From assembly GCF_964204865.1 (NCBI RefSeq), contig NC_135260.1, forward strand, positions 15,834,478 through 15,898,477: 64,000 bases of DNA, given 5' to 3'. Positions 33,501 through 45,952 of this stretch are shown here, piece after piece (the stretch's first letter is position 1; each line of letters opens with the position of its first letter). The notes beneath the pieces were generated by a model, which saw nothing but the letters and a program-made list of their open reading frames with translations, was not told the origin of the DNA and did not search any database. Position numbers and translations under genes: made by a program. This DNA is from Styela clava (Eukaryota).

Positions 33501-36500
33501 CTACATGAACATGATGTCATCACATTTGCTACTTTTCCATAGTATTCATATTCAAGACAATATTAATGTAAATTATTTGTGTTTCAGTATCTTCCAGACA
33601 TCAATATTCATCACTGTGATATACTCAATGTTCATAATGGTGAGTACTTATATAAATCTTTCTTACCTACTGTTCATGACTTAGATTTATTCTTATGTGT
33701 GAGGCTTATATTGTCTTGTATACACAAAACTTGAACTTTGGAATTAGGAACCTGTTATACTGCGATTTAAAGAGGACATTGACATTTTAGGTTCATAAAT
33801 GTCACTTACACTTCTCATGAATTGAGTTGATGTTATCTCGTAAAAAAAATTTTGGACTGTGAAGATGCAAGTTTTGTTAACATTTACAATCTATTTCTTC
33901 GCATAAAACAACATTTGCACCCTTAATAATAGACCTTAATAATTAGTGTGTGAGTAAAGTTGAATGGTACATAAACTAGTTATCTTAATTTTCAGGAATT
34001 GATTATTTTCCATTGCAAAAATCAACATATTTGAAGATTCAATCTTTTATCAATTCAATAAAATCTAATTTTCCTTCCATTCAACATGTGATGGCACTCT
34101 ATGCAGATAAACTGATTTGGTGAGTACAGAAAAAGTTGTATTTATATGATGAATAGTACAGTAGGATTGTAAAAAGGCAAACATGAGTTATTAAAACAGT
34201 TGTGCACTCGAAATGAGAGTCTTACTGTTTCTAGAAGTTTGTATCACAAAAAGGCCCCTGTTTAATGAAACAACCAGAAGCAAATCCTTATCAAATTAAT
34301 GCTTGGATTGCTAGTGAATATACCAATAGGTTTCAGTCCCTTTAAAAAACTTGATGTAAAATAGGCGATCAAAATTAGTTAACTCTATATTGGCAGACAT
34401 ACGTCTGGAGCGCCCAAATTTCAATACAACAACGCTCTTAATATCTTTTCAATCTTTATTTAAAGCACCATGAGATGTTTCTTTTTTCAAGTATAATTTT
34501 GTAAAAAATATTCTTTTTCATTTTAAGGAGTGATTTACAGAAGACTGATTCCAGATATTTATATTCATATCTTGTTAACAAACTCCTACCCACGTCATCA
34601 GAATTTGAAAATAGTGTTATAAGTAATTATTTAACAAGAGATGGAAGTTATGGAAGGTGAGAAATGAAGTTAATAAATCATGAAGAACCCAGAATTTTTT
34701 TTATACTCCTACAATAATGAAGAAAATTTACATCTGTTTGTGTATATTTGTACCTGAAAGTTTCAGTAATTCGAGATGCTTTGCACAAAATGTTCTCTCT
34801 CAAACAGGGGTGGGCAAGGTTTTGGACCAGGGGCCAAATATTTTGCCCACCTGGATTGGCGGGCCATGCGAGTGTGACGTAAAAAGTTACATTTTATAAA
34901 CAATATTTACAGTATTACAAAAACAAATGCGGAAAACAATATGTGCCTTGTGCCAAAACTAAATTTGATCGCAAACATCAAAAATTGGTTTTAGTTTGGT
35001 TGTGGGAGCATCAGGGGGGCCCAACGGGCCAGATTTGGCCCACAGGATTCAGTTTGCCCATGTCAGCACTAGACATGTTTCAAATGATCTGTGTTTTGTA
35101 GGTCACTCTGTAGATGATTAAATTTGCATTTTTTCGTAAAATTATCTTAGTTGAAAATTGTCATATTTTATGTTATTTAATTCTAAGCTGTGAAGTTTCA
35201 CGATTTGTTTATACTGACACACCCTAGAACCAAGTGATTGAACCATATGCTTCGTTGCATTGGTGAATTTTTTGAATCTGTCAAAATTGTATTTCAGATA
35301 CCGGTATGTGAACAATAAAAGAAATACGTTTCTTTCCAAACTAATATCAATTTTGTTCAGGTTTCTTGCTGGTGTTCGTTATTATGAACATTCAACAGAT
35401 AGACATACCACTACTGTTTATATCACTTCTACTTCCATGAAAGGGGAAAAATTATTCATGGTTACTTATCAGGTAGTATTGAATTTATTTATTATCAAAA
35501 ATCTTTAATATTCACTGCCAAGAAATATTTATATAAATAAAGCTAGGCTAACATTGTCTTTGTTTATTATTTACGACTTACGCCATTTGGATTTATTACT
35601 TCACAGTGTTTAATGGATTTTGCTGAGGTCATCTTTTTTCTGGTCATCAAATTTTGAGACATTTTTGTTTTTAGGTTCTTAATATCAGCATGACACTGTT
35701 ATTTGAAGGTATGTATACCTATTTATAATTATTATTCAATGATTATGTTCTTACAGTGGTTTTTGTTTGGAAAAATTATCCCACCATTTTTATACTTCCA
35801 GGTGAAACTCCACCATCTGTTGATACATTCAGAAAACTAGATTCTTTCATGGGAAAAGCATTGATTGATCTTTCTACTGAAATGGAAGTAGTCCCTATGA
35901 AAAATTCTTATGACAGGTACGCAGAAACTTTGAAATTGTGATAATATTCCTCTTCTTAGTCTTCAAACAAAACACTTAGGTTCATACTATTTTAAAATCT
36001 TAAAGCTTCTATTTCACCCTGGATTAAATAGGTGGGTAGCATGGGGTTTGAACTTGAGAACAGTGGTTCTCAAACGGAGGGCGCCCCACAAAGGTAGGGG
36101 CGTGGATACTTTTTGATGGGCCGTGAAGCTAATTAAAAATATTTGTTAGATTTGATCTTGCCTGCCTTATTTTGGATATTTATATATTTTTTATTATATA
36201 CACATATTTTTAACCTGTTTTTTGAATAAAACATACTTTCACCTTACTATCTGTTATTTGTAGGTTATTGTAAGCTACTGTATTTATTTTTGAGGTGGGG
36301 CGCGAGACTTGACAAATTCTAAAAAGGGGACGCGGCTTAAAAAGTTTGAGTACCACTGATCTAAAATCATCAACTCAGGGTCGAGAGAAATTTAATAAAG
36401 ACTTTTTTGTCTGTTGAAAATGATCCTTCCTGAACTTCTGATTGGAAATATTGACTTGAATTATCACCAATAAAAGTATGAAATTTCGAATCCCGCTTCG

Positions 36501-38433
36501 ATCATATGAAGAACACCAATTGGGGCAAAAGTCATTTACATGAATGTTTCCTTTTTTCCAGCAATGACACGGCATATAAATACATCTACTTCAATCAAGA
36601 AAGCTTATTAGTTAAATCTTCATGTCATTATCGAGATAACAATGGGTTTATTAAATGTTCAATGTCTAAGGATGTTATGCGGGTTGTTTTGACCATGTGT
36701 CAGGAATTTCTCAGGTGAGAATTTGAAATGACGCAATACCACAATTATATTTAGTTGATTTGATGGCATATTGTTATTTATGATATCATAGCTTGTGTTA
36801 GTGTAAAATGGGGGCTACGCTATAATTGAAAGTGTACCAAAGATGCAGCTAACGCCACAAGGCATTTGACAAGTTTAAAAATTGTTCAATTAAATCCAAT
36901 ATTCCTCTTACGATTGTTGCAGGGCAGTACAAAATATTTGCTTTCCTCATGGCCCACTTCCAGCTATACCGGTAAATAAGCTGATATGAACGAGAATAAA
37001 ATGATATAGTGCAGGGGTGGGCACACCACGGCTCGCCAGAATTTTTGTGCGGCTCTTCTCGCTAACATAAATTATTATCCAAATTTTAACTAAGAGAAAA
37101 ACTTTACTAAACTCTTTTAATTTATTGAAAGTCGTAAAGATGTTTTCGTCAATGATTAGGATAAATTATGTTTTAGTATGAAAATCGCTGTAGCGTTGAA
37201 TTTAAGTCAGTCAAGTCAGAAAATCTTTCGTCACAATGGTCAATGTTTATTGATGCGTCGGCGATATTGCAGCTTGATTGCGGTTAGTCAGTCTAAGTTA
37301 CTGTGCGATATGTCCTCAATTAAAAAACGAAAGTACGAAGATGAAAACAGAGTTGTCAAGTCAGAATGGGAAGAACGTACGAATTTACCAGTCAGGAGAA
37401 TAAACCTTTGTGTCTAGTCTGCCATAAGCTACTAAGTCAGAATAAAGTCAGCAATTTAAACGGCACCATGAAACGAATCATGAAAACTTCTTTCGAAACT
37501 ACTCTCATAAATCAGCTATAAGGAAACACAAATTAAATGAGCTCAAATTGTGCATATATTTGAGTATAGCTGCCTTGTTTATCTATTTATTGTTATTAGA
37601 CTCTTGTGTGAATTTCTTTTCTGTTCATGGTATTTTGATAATATTAATAAATTCACAAATTTTGCAGCTCTTTTAAAGTTCTGACTTGCAGCATGCGGCT
37701 CTTATACTAAAAAATTGTGCCCACCCCTGATATAGTGAGTCTTGATTGAATCAAAAACAATTGAGAAAATAATGTACAATACATGATTTCAACAAAAATG
37801 AATGATATCTATACATAAACATATATGCAACTAAACTAGTCTTCTTGCTGTGACTGCTGTATTAGCTATTGACCATATGATAAAACAATGAATTCCAGGG
37901 GTCTTTCTGTCATAGCCCAAGGTATATGTGACACTTCTCTCCTTTTGTCACTTAGTAACAGCATGTAACTGCTTTCTGATGACAGGGTTATTGTTGTTTA
38001 TTTTCTCAATTTTAGTAAGACTTCAGAAGTTGAAGTAATCACTAAAGCAAGCATGGATTACTGGATTGTTGGAAAAAAGACAGAACAACATGAGTGTTAT
38101 ATCGTTGTTAACCGTAAGGATGCTAACTTGATTGATGTGAATGGTATGTAGATTATATTCATTCATACATCGGATTTGGGTTTATACGATACAATACACC
38201 CAAAAGTCCCATAATTCTGCCCAGCAATAATAATATAATGATGCCCTGAGAGAGATTTCTTTTAAATTTTTCAACTCTGTGAAAATGAGAAATCTGAATT
38301 GAAACATAATATAGATGGAGGAATTCTTATTCATGCATATATTGGTGTGCTAAAGCAGCTCTTATTTGTTTTCTTAGATGATGTCCGGAAGATCTGTGCC
38401 AACAACATCACAAACATATCATTAGCAGAATAA
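30501..38433 (+). CDS. CCZ1: Vacuolar fusion protein CCZ1 homolog (MON1-CCZ1 Rab7 GEF subunit), 13 coding exons
   Basis: Exons 30501-30566 (MATAKLSSFLIYNPTYGPKEGQ), 31405-31596 (EHLKVLFYYPESEHPDVKINKVGLCEALIQFAKTYSSSKPCETLHTQKHKQVFYEAEENFWFVM, against human KILFYHPNE..VGLCEAIVQFTRTFSPSKPAKSLHTQKNRQFFNEPEENFWMVM), 32863-32985, 33365-33448, 33588-33639, 33996-34119 (FPLQKSTYLKIQSFINS..ALYADKLIW), 34528-34656, 35361-35472, 35675-35708, 35802-35916, 36562-36714 (KYIYFNQ..), 38016-38143 (SMDYWIVGKKTEQHECYIVVNRKDANLIDVN), 38378-38433 (DVRKICANNITNISLAE, stop TAA). All junctions are GT-AG with matching phases. Confidence 0.85.
30630..30850. mobile_element. MITE-like element, same family as 20780-21135, inside CCZ1 intron 1
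   Basis: Right end ctcctgtattaaaggtcgcccacccctg is the reverse complement of CAGGGGTGGGCGACCTTTAATACAGGAG; the internal sequence gaaacgagtttttcatttagtttaatctg is shared with 20780-21135. Confidence 0.5.
31905..32150 (+). mobile_element. MITE copy (TIR about CCAGAAGTGTGTGTACC), first member of an inverted pair in CCZ1 intron 2
   Basis: ggcgctccagaagtgtgtgtaccaatatg...ggcaggtggtatattcacttggctcacacagacagtccctgaacttgtaatagaactaaaat...; its near-exact reverse complement lies at 32600-32830, and a third fragment at 34340-34420. Confidence 0.55.
32600..32830 (-). mobile_element. MITE copy, inverted partner of 31905-32150
   Basis: ttcggtactcccgtagtgtgtgtacc ... ccatattggtacacacacttctggagcgtcca is the reverse complement of the 31905 copy at about 88% identity; the two are separated by about 450 bp. 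Confidence 0.55.
36061..36358. mobile_element. MITE (298 bp) with TIR CAGTGGTTCTCAAAC, in CCZ1 intron 10
   Basis: cagtggttctcaaac at 36061-36075 and gtttgagtaccactg at 36344-36358. The same TIR occurs as a solo end at 54839-54853, and a variant CAGTGGTTCTTAAAC occurs at 40241 with a matching inverted end at 45817-45831. Confidence 0.6.
37012..37729. mobile_element. hAT-type non-autonomous element (718 bp) with a perfect 8-bp TSD, in CCZ1 intron 11
   Basis: TIR CAGGGGTGGGCAC at 37012-37024 and reverse-complemented at 37717-37729. Flanking direct repeat ATATAGTG at 37004-37011 and 37730-37737. Confidence 0.75.
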
Positions 38434-39776
38434 ATTATATTTCTATCAACTAAAGATACTGTGCAATAAATAAATTTTATAACAGAGTATTGTTTCATTG
38501 GTGAGATCGAGTCGTTTTCCACCACTCACTACTGTTCTCAAAATCCTTCATTAGGAACGGACTGCCGTTTCCCTTTCCTGGCAGGTATAATTAGAGCTTT
38601 ACAAGGCTTACACTTAATTTACGAATTCATCGGAAAATTGAGAACCAAACGCACTCACTTTAGAAAACCGCTCTCCCTGCCACACTATCAGTCCTGTACT
38701 TCTCTAACGAAAAGGAAATTTGTATTTATGCTGTATTGTGTATTTTCAAATGGAGCGTGTCAGATACACTTCAGTGCTTTTATTGCGATTTTAATTAGTT
38801 CTTGCTTGCAATCGAAACACTGTATCCAATCAGAAATAAACAAATTAAAAAAAGCCTGTTGAACTTCTCAATAGCCAGGTTGGAGGCAACAGTTATTCCA
38901 TTGTTTATTGTATGCAAATTACTTAGAAAAGCTTCTATTACTTCATTTTAGAATATGTTCAAATGTATTCGATTGGCCATCCGCCGTAAATAATATCAGA
39001 GCATGTACCAAAAATAATTTTCAAACAGTTAAGACCAGGCATATGGGAGAGTTTGCATTCGTTGCAAGCGGTGCCTCAACATAATAATAGCCATGAATAA
39101 ATGTAATGCCTAACACAGAAAAACAAGCAGGTCAGTTTCCAAGTTACACCAGCGCGTAATCATCAATTTCTCATATTTGAGGCATCTCCCACATTGGATG
39201 GAAATAATGATTTGGGATTTTAGATATGTATCATACCCCCAAAGCAGCCCATGATTTGTACCAATCGTAAGATAACCAGAGAAACTGTGTTGCTAAGAAC
39301 TATGACAAACCAATGATACCTAGTGAGTTCTTTTATATACACTGACCCAATGTCTGTACTCAAAAGCTTTAACTACAATAAGCAAAGATCATTAGATTTT
39401 AGTTGAAGTTTGATTCTTTTCCAGAGCATCATGATTGATGATCAAGTCCATTTGCATGTACGAGAGAAGGGAATTGGTGTAATAAAAAAACATCTCTGTG
39501 CACAAAACCAACTTATGAAATACTTTTAAGTCAGCGTTTCCCAACAGGGAAGAAATTTTATTTTGTACTTCGGTGTTATTGCAATAACTTATAACTAACT
39601 AGCTATTGATCCGTTAACGATTGAGCAATAAACAAAGACTTTATGAATAGTGAGTGGAAAATGTATTGTTTTAAAATTAGGCAAAGCCATTGTTTTCATT
39701 AAACACTGCTTCCTTCCACATGACCTTGAATACTTCATCCACAGCTGATAAAAAAAAACATTCTGTTGGGCGGTAT

Positions 39777-39857
39777 TTAATGTAGCCTTGTTAGTTCTTC
39801 AATAACTTTGATAATATCATCTGCCGTTGCATCTTTCATTATTCCACCTTCTTTTAT
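39777..39857 (-). CDS. DDB1: DNA damage-binding protein 1, terminal coding exon (last 26 codons + stop)
   Basis: Acceptor tttttcag, then IKEGGIMKDATADDIIKVIEELTRLH and stop TAA; aligns to the human DDB1 C-terminus ..[26 protein letters not shown]. Joins in phase 0 to the donor CAA|gtatga at 46854. Confidence 0.8.
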   Translation of the reverse strand: MKEGGIMKDATADDIIKVIEELTRLH

Positions 39858-42210
39858 CTGAAAAATCGAACAGATTTCAAATTATGATAAAATAGACAAT
39901 TTAAATAATATCTAACCCATAACAAAAAATAAGTAACGGAATAGCATAAATTTTGAACATTTCGTCAACATATTATAAATTTGGATCTTTTGGGTTTTAT
40001 GCTCCGGATTCATTGTGAACTTTGGCATCGTTTTTAATAACAGTGATTATTTGGGTCATAAACAGACCTGGGCTCTACAAAAATTGGGTCGATAGCCAGT
40101 AAAGAAAAATTTTCAACTGACTAAGTTCCGGGGTGAAATACAGCTTATTACACCATTGCATATTTCAATCCACATTTAGATATTATACATTCAAACGTCA
40201 AATAAAAATTCCCAATAAATTATCTCCTACGTCAGTGGTTCTTAAACTGGGTTCGATCGAACCCCTGGGGTTCGGTGGAGCTGTTCCAGGGGTTCGACGA
40301 AGGTGCTCTGAAACAGTTGCATATTATGAGACTTTTTTATCACCCTGCATACTAATTATGCAAAAATAACTATAGTTCATGATGACTAATTACTAATGAC
40401 TTGAACAATTGAATGGAACAATTAATTGGTGTTACCAGTGTTCACTATTAGCGCACTTTTTTGCGAAAATTGCGAAGCACTTTCGCAACTTTTTTTAGGG
40501 ACTGCGAAATAGCACTTTTTTCCGATTTTGAGGAGAAATAGCACTTTTTTCCGATTTTGAATGGAATAAAAATTCAAAGTTAACAAATATTTTCGAGTAT
40601 TAAAGTGACAAATAAGTAACATACTAGTACTTTTGTAACTAAATTTTGCATATCATAACGATATTTACCGGAATTCTAACCTATGAGATGCAGACATAGG
40701 AGATAAAGCTTTTGCATTAACTGCAAAATTCTTGTTTATAATATGATTATTATACAAGCACACCGAATCCGCTTCTCCCGCAAAAACGCTCCGCGTCTTT
40801 GAAACCAGATGTTGGAATACTACACAGTGCGTTTCTTTGAACGAGAGTGGTCATGTGACTATCAATGAGATCGTTGAATTCAAAATGACTATAAAAGTGT
40901 TAGTAAAGTGTTATAGTCACTTTGGATGTATTGTGACCAAGGTGCACGATTTTCAAAACCTTTAGCAGCATGTCACAGATTTGCAAAATCACCAAATTCA
41001 CAAAATACCATTGAGTGCCATTTTATTGTAATCACAATGTTGAAAGCATGTGGCATTTTGCGATATTTACACAACTCTTTCTCGTTGATATGCGAGTATG
41101 GGTGGGCAAAATTCAATATTTTATTGAATTGAATATTTTCAACGAGTACCGAATAACAAATATTTTTGGAACGTCCGTGGAAACATTAAAAAATCGGCAA
41201 CAAAGCCTTTTTACTGATTAATTCCGTTGTAATCGCTAATTGTTCTTGTCACCGATCGTTTTGGCGGCGATATCCAGGTTTTGTTAATCTATATTCCCGC
41301 CCTCTCTTTTTTACAAATATGAATTCTTGCGGGTCGGCGGACATCGAAGTTTTATATTTCGGGTTTACCCGTTTGTTCACATCGGCAACAGCTGTTGAAG
41401 ACATTGAGGACTCAAATTAACATTTGCGTTGGCTTTAATATTACCTATCAAGATTTGTAAATTTAGGGTCCCAATTTTATGCGAATGGTAATATTATTGT
41501 CGATACCATAATGCTGATATTTATTAAGACGATAATTAACTTTCTCATGTTTTTCTATGGTGATAAACTTCACAAATCTGAAATTGTGCCAATCCTGAAT
41601 GTTGATTTAAAATAGAGATTGAATAATTCGGCAATAAAGGCATTTCTGCGTGGTCATAAGACGAGATGACGTTAATGAACAGCACTTCTTTTACAGGATA
41701 TTTTACGTAAGCGACTTAATGCTAAAAAGATTGGACTCGAGTGCTTTTTTTCGAGTGCTCGAGTGCCTAATGGAGGTACGCTAATTGTAACTAATTTCCT
41801 CAAGTTTCAACATGTTTTCAGCAAAACAATATCCCGGCGATAATTATAGCTAAAATGTTACCGAGCAATTCACAATTTTATTTATGGAATTTGAAAATTC
41901 ACCAGTTTCTTGACGATATTGATAATGTCACGCCCTAATTATTAGTGCAAAAAATACTCCCCTTCTTCCGCGGCGGTTTGACGGGTTCTTTGTTCCAATC
42001 TTCAGAAATTTCTGACACGGGGGGATATAGAATACTGAATCCGGAGGGTTCAATCCCTGTCGACTTACTGGTGATTTTCCGTTTCGGAATGCGTGGAACA
42101 TTCTCTATTTTAAATTAAATGACGTTTCGCGGGCTAGAGTTCTACCCGAAAATGATGTGTACCAGACGTTAGTTAGACGATAGATAAAACATTAGATAAA
42201 TATATTTCAT

Positions 42211-42612
42211 GACGCCCCGTTTTCGAAAATACAAAATTATATCGCAAAAAATGCGTTTCGATACATTTGGAATGAACATTATTTACGGTTTTTTCAGATC
42301 ATATTTTACTCTTCATGACACCCGGTATCCGAAAATACAGTTGTATTGCGAAAAATGTGTTTTGTTACATTTAAAATAAAACATTTTTGCGATTAATTTA
42401 GATCATATTTTACTTTTCAGGACACCCGTTTTCGAAAATACAAGGTTATATCGCAAAATGTGTTTTGTTACATTTAAAACAAAACATTTTTGCGATTAAT
42501 TTAGATCAAATTTTACCTTTCACGGCAATCCGTTTCCGAAAATACAAAGTTATATCACAAAATGCGTTTTGTTACATTTATTTTGCATTCCCGATAAAAT
42601 ACATATTTTCCC
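42211..42612. repeat. Tandem array (about 3.8 copies of a roughly 104-bp unit) inside the hAT-B element
   Basis: Repeating gacacccgttttcgaaaatacaa.gttatatcgcaaaatgtgttttgttacatttaaaacaaaacatttttgcgattaatttagatcatattttacttttcag. A single related unit occurs at 3360-3470 in hAT-A. Confidence 0.6.
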
Positions 42613-44439
42613 TAATTAAAGTCGTCGATGAATCTGTTCCTGTCGGTCAAGCTTGACATACGTTTGGACGAGTGTGGGGCGGTTTTTTGGTCGACGATAA
42701 ATTAAAAAGTTGCCACACGTTATTTGTATAACGATAATAACTGAAAAATTAGATTTTATAATGGAAGTGAATTTGTCTTAAGATGGTATTTTACGATTCT
42801 TGCCCACAGAAAATAAACCCGCTGACAGGCTTGGTTATAATTGATATTCGTTTAATTTATTTTACACTATATTAATAAACGCGCCACACCAAGTGCGGCC
42901 ATATAAATTGCAGTCGCATCGGTATGGACTGTATGTTTTTGGCGCTCTCACATTAATTATAATTTTCAACAAAACAATACCCCGGCGGTCATTGAAGCTG
43001 AATTCGTTACCGAGTAATTCACGATTTTATTTACGGAATTTGCAATTTCAAGATCTCACTTGACGATTTTGATGGTGTCATGCCCTAATTATTACTGCTT
43101 CAATGCCTCAAAATACAACAAATGTAATCATTTTCGACGATAACAGGCGCAACAATTCGTAAACGAGCCGTTATAACGAAATTCGCGATTGATTTTACCT
43201 CTCTCTTGTTTACAATTTTAACATCCCGCCGGCCATGTATGGTCGAATAAAATGTTCACATATTCGAAACATGACTTGGCCAAAGGATGGAAGTGATCAC
43301 TAAAGAGCTAATAGAAAGTACATACGCGAGGGTATGATATTAATATCGAGAATATTTGTGAGCATATCACAGGACGGAAATATTTTGCACCCGGCTGTTT
43401 GTTGGCAGAACAACGATACGCTAAAGTTAATTGATCGAATACAGGGAAGTATTTATTTATCATCTCACTTGCGAACATCGAAGTTTGGGCGGAATTGTAC
43501 GATCATGTTGTCTTTCTTAAGTAATAACTTTTTCAATAAATGTTCATTTTACTTTTGGGTCTTTATTATATGTCCGGGTTTTCGTTAATTTTAAATTCGA
43601 AATTGTCCGAAATACTCCAACAGGTGTATAAGTACAATAATAATAGTACTTACCAAAGTACTTACCAGGGAAGTTTAATACACACGATGTGTTAATGGCG
43701 TCGTAACTGCCGTTTTTAATTTGATTGTTTTACATTCTGCTTAAAAAACAACGTCGTTTTGCAGTCATCTAATGTAAATCTCGCGACCAAATCTTTTTTG
43801 TTTTGTATGGCATCGTCTTGGCGACGAATTTATTGCCGACTGAATTTTAATTGTGTTTTAGGATAAGTTATTTTCTGTTTGTTGGTTTCTAAACTTTACA
43901 AACGTGGGTAGCAATTACTATTAATGTGAGATTTGTGCATATGAACGATTGAATATCGCGACTGGCTGTCCGATATCTGAGAATGCGTATATCAGCGTTC
44001 ATGTGGTCGAATAAAAATTATTTATCAAATGGATTTCGAGACACTCTCAAAATTATTTGGGATCCACTATCATATCATTCGTTTATTTTTTATATTCAGG
44101 TTTTTTTCAAGAATCACCCTCGTTATATTTCGTGTACCTTCGCAAAAGAAAACTCTTTGGTGTCATCGTTCCTATTAGTGTAATTGAAATATATGGAAAC
44201 CTCGCAAGTGGCGTTGTGATGCGAATATTTGATACTAGGTCAGCAGCATTACAAAGAGTGCTATTTATGAATGCTGAAAGTACATGGCATTACTAAACAT
44301 TTTGTCAATATATGATGTTTTCTGCCTGATTTAAACTAACTCCACGCAAACCAAGGCATGTCGACATTTAAAAATTACTTGTCTTTGGGTAAGCTCTGAA
44401 ATAGTATAATATAAATGTAAATGAGAAATTAGGTCACGC

Positions 44440-44630
44440 TAGCTCACGAAACGGGAGGATTTTCAAAGTGATCTTGTGTAATATTTCGGAGAAAAAAGTT
44501 TGAAAGGAAAGTAGGTCAACCTATCTCCTAAAACAGGGGAGTATCTTGCGTAATATTTCGGAGGGAAGGTAGGTTAACCTATCTTTTAAAACAGCGGGTG
44601 GCGACTTTCAAAGTGGTTCAAAATCACAAA
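44440..44630. repeat. Degenerate tandem repeat of about 60 bp inside hAT-B
   Basis: gtaggtcaacctatctcctaaaacaggggagtatcttgcgtaatatttcggagggaag followed by gtaggttaacctatcttttaaaacagcgggtgg...; then an inverted TTAGGTTTAGGG/CCTAACCCTAA pair and a G11 run at 44735-44745. Confidence 0.4.
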
Positions 44631-45952
44631 TTAATAATTATCAGATTAGGTTTAGGGATAAATCGAAAAGTTGAATTTCCAGCGCACCTAACCCTAATTA
44701 GTTGATTGCTATTTATATTTATTATATTTGGGGGGGGGGGATTATTTTGCACGGGATTTGTACAAATGATCCACCCTGTAACTAATATGGTTTCCAGCCT
44801 ACGTCGTTGTCTGTTAGATGGAAGGAGTAACAAATGTGAAAGCCTTTGCTGTTCACACGAGTAAGCAACTGACACCGTGATACATTGCATGAAAATTTTG
44901 TTCGCGGCAGGTGTTAGCAGATGTCCTTTTGTTGCCGATGAATTCGCTTGTTTTAATTAAACATGAATTCGCTTAAAGGGAACTCGGTTAACGGAAAGGC
45001 TTCTCTTTAATTCATAATATTAACCGGAGGAGCGCTTTTTCGATTATCTATGCCGTTTTAAATGGGTTATATGAAAGGCTAGAGCACCTAACTTGTTAAA
45101 ATCGGCAAAAGCACTTTCGCACTTTTTTTTTCCGACTGCGAAGCACTTTCGCACTCATAATTCGCTTAGAGTTAACACTGGGTGTTACCCTTATTCATAT
45201 TCTACCGTACTAATAAAATTCAACTCAATTTTACGGATAAATCGAAGATAGGCAGTAATTGTACATGAATGAATGCAAAATCATATCGTGTTTGAATTTC
45301 ACTAGGTGATAAATTTGCGACAAGGAATAGTTTATCGCAGAGCTTTACCCGAAATTATTATGATCCATTCAGGACAACCTCGATATGGCGCCGAATTAAT
45401 CCTATGTCTATTTCTGTAAAATAAAACAATTGGCAAACGATTTTATTCGCATTTCAGCGCAGTTTAAAGTTTGAGAACAAATTGCTTGAACTACCAACGT
45501 TTATGGGGTATATTATCATCTTTCGGATTTTCAAAGTTATTTTTTATCAGTTTTCGCCTGTTCACCCGCATAACTTATACAACAAAAACCATCTGCTCAT
45601 TCTGCCGCCAACGCCATTGTGACAAAACAATGGTTATCCCCACATGGTTATTGATATCTAAGGTTTCATCACAATGTTCATATTCTATAACCTTGCAAGA
45701 ATTAGCTTCCGCTTTATGACGTTACGGTTTGGCTTCTAATTTCAACCGTTCAGTACAATATGGGGTTCGGCGGGAGCTTGCAGAATAGCGCAGGGGTTCG
45801 GCAGGCTCACAAAGATTAAGAACCACTGTCCTACGTACATTGAAAAGAAAAAATACGGCAAACAAAAATTCACGTAAGTCGGCCAGCAAACAACAGAAGT
45901 TCCAAAAAATGGGAACTGCAAACTTCCAATATTTGATTCAATTACATGTCTA

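Larger units (their letters stand above)
40437..45180. mobile_element. Large (4.7 kb) non-autonomous hAT-type element with a perfect 8-bp TSD, inside the last DDB1 intron
   Basis: TIR CAGTGTTCACTATTAGCGCAC at 40437-40457 and reverse-complemented at 45160-45180 (about 80% match). Flanking direct repeat GGTGTTAC at 40429-40436 and 45181-45188. Subterminal gcgaagcactttcgca repeats at both ends. The interior has a duplicated module (41840-41960 and 42960-43090), a tandem array of about 104-bp units at 42211-42612, and modules shared with hAT-A (2704-4439). No ORF longer than 90 aa. Confidence 0.7.

Noticed and set aside
34790-35070. Pair of CAGGGG-initiated GC-rich blocks as another hAT MITE
   Set aside because: The two blocks are in direct rather than inverted orientation and no TSD could be found; it is possibly a degraded fragment.
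42211-42612. Tandem direct repeats as a possible CRISPR array
   Set aside because: This is eukaryotic sequence. The units are about 104 bp with no repeat-spacer organisation, and they lie inside a transposon; it is a minisatellite.
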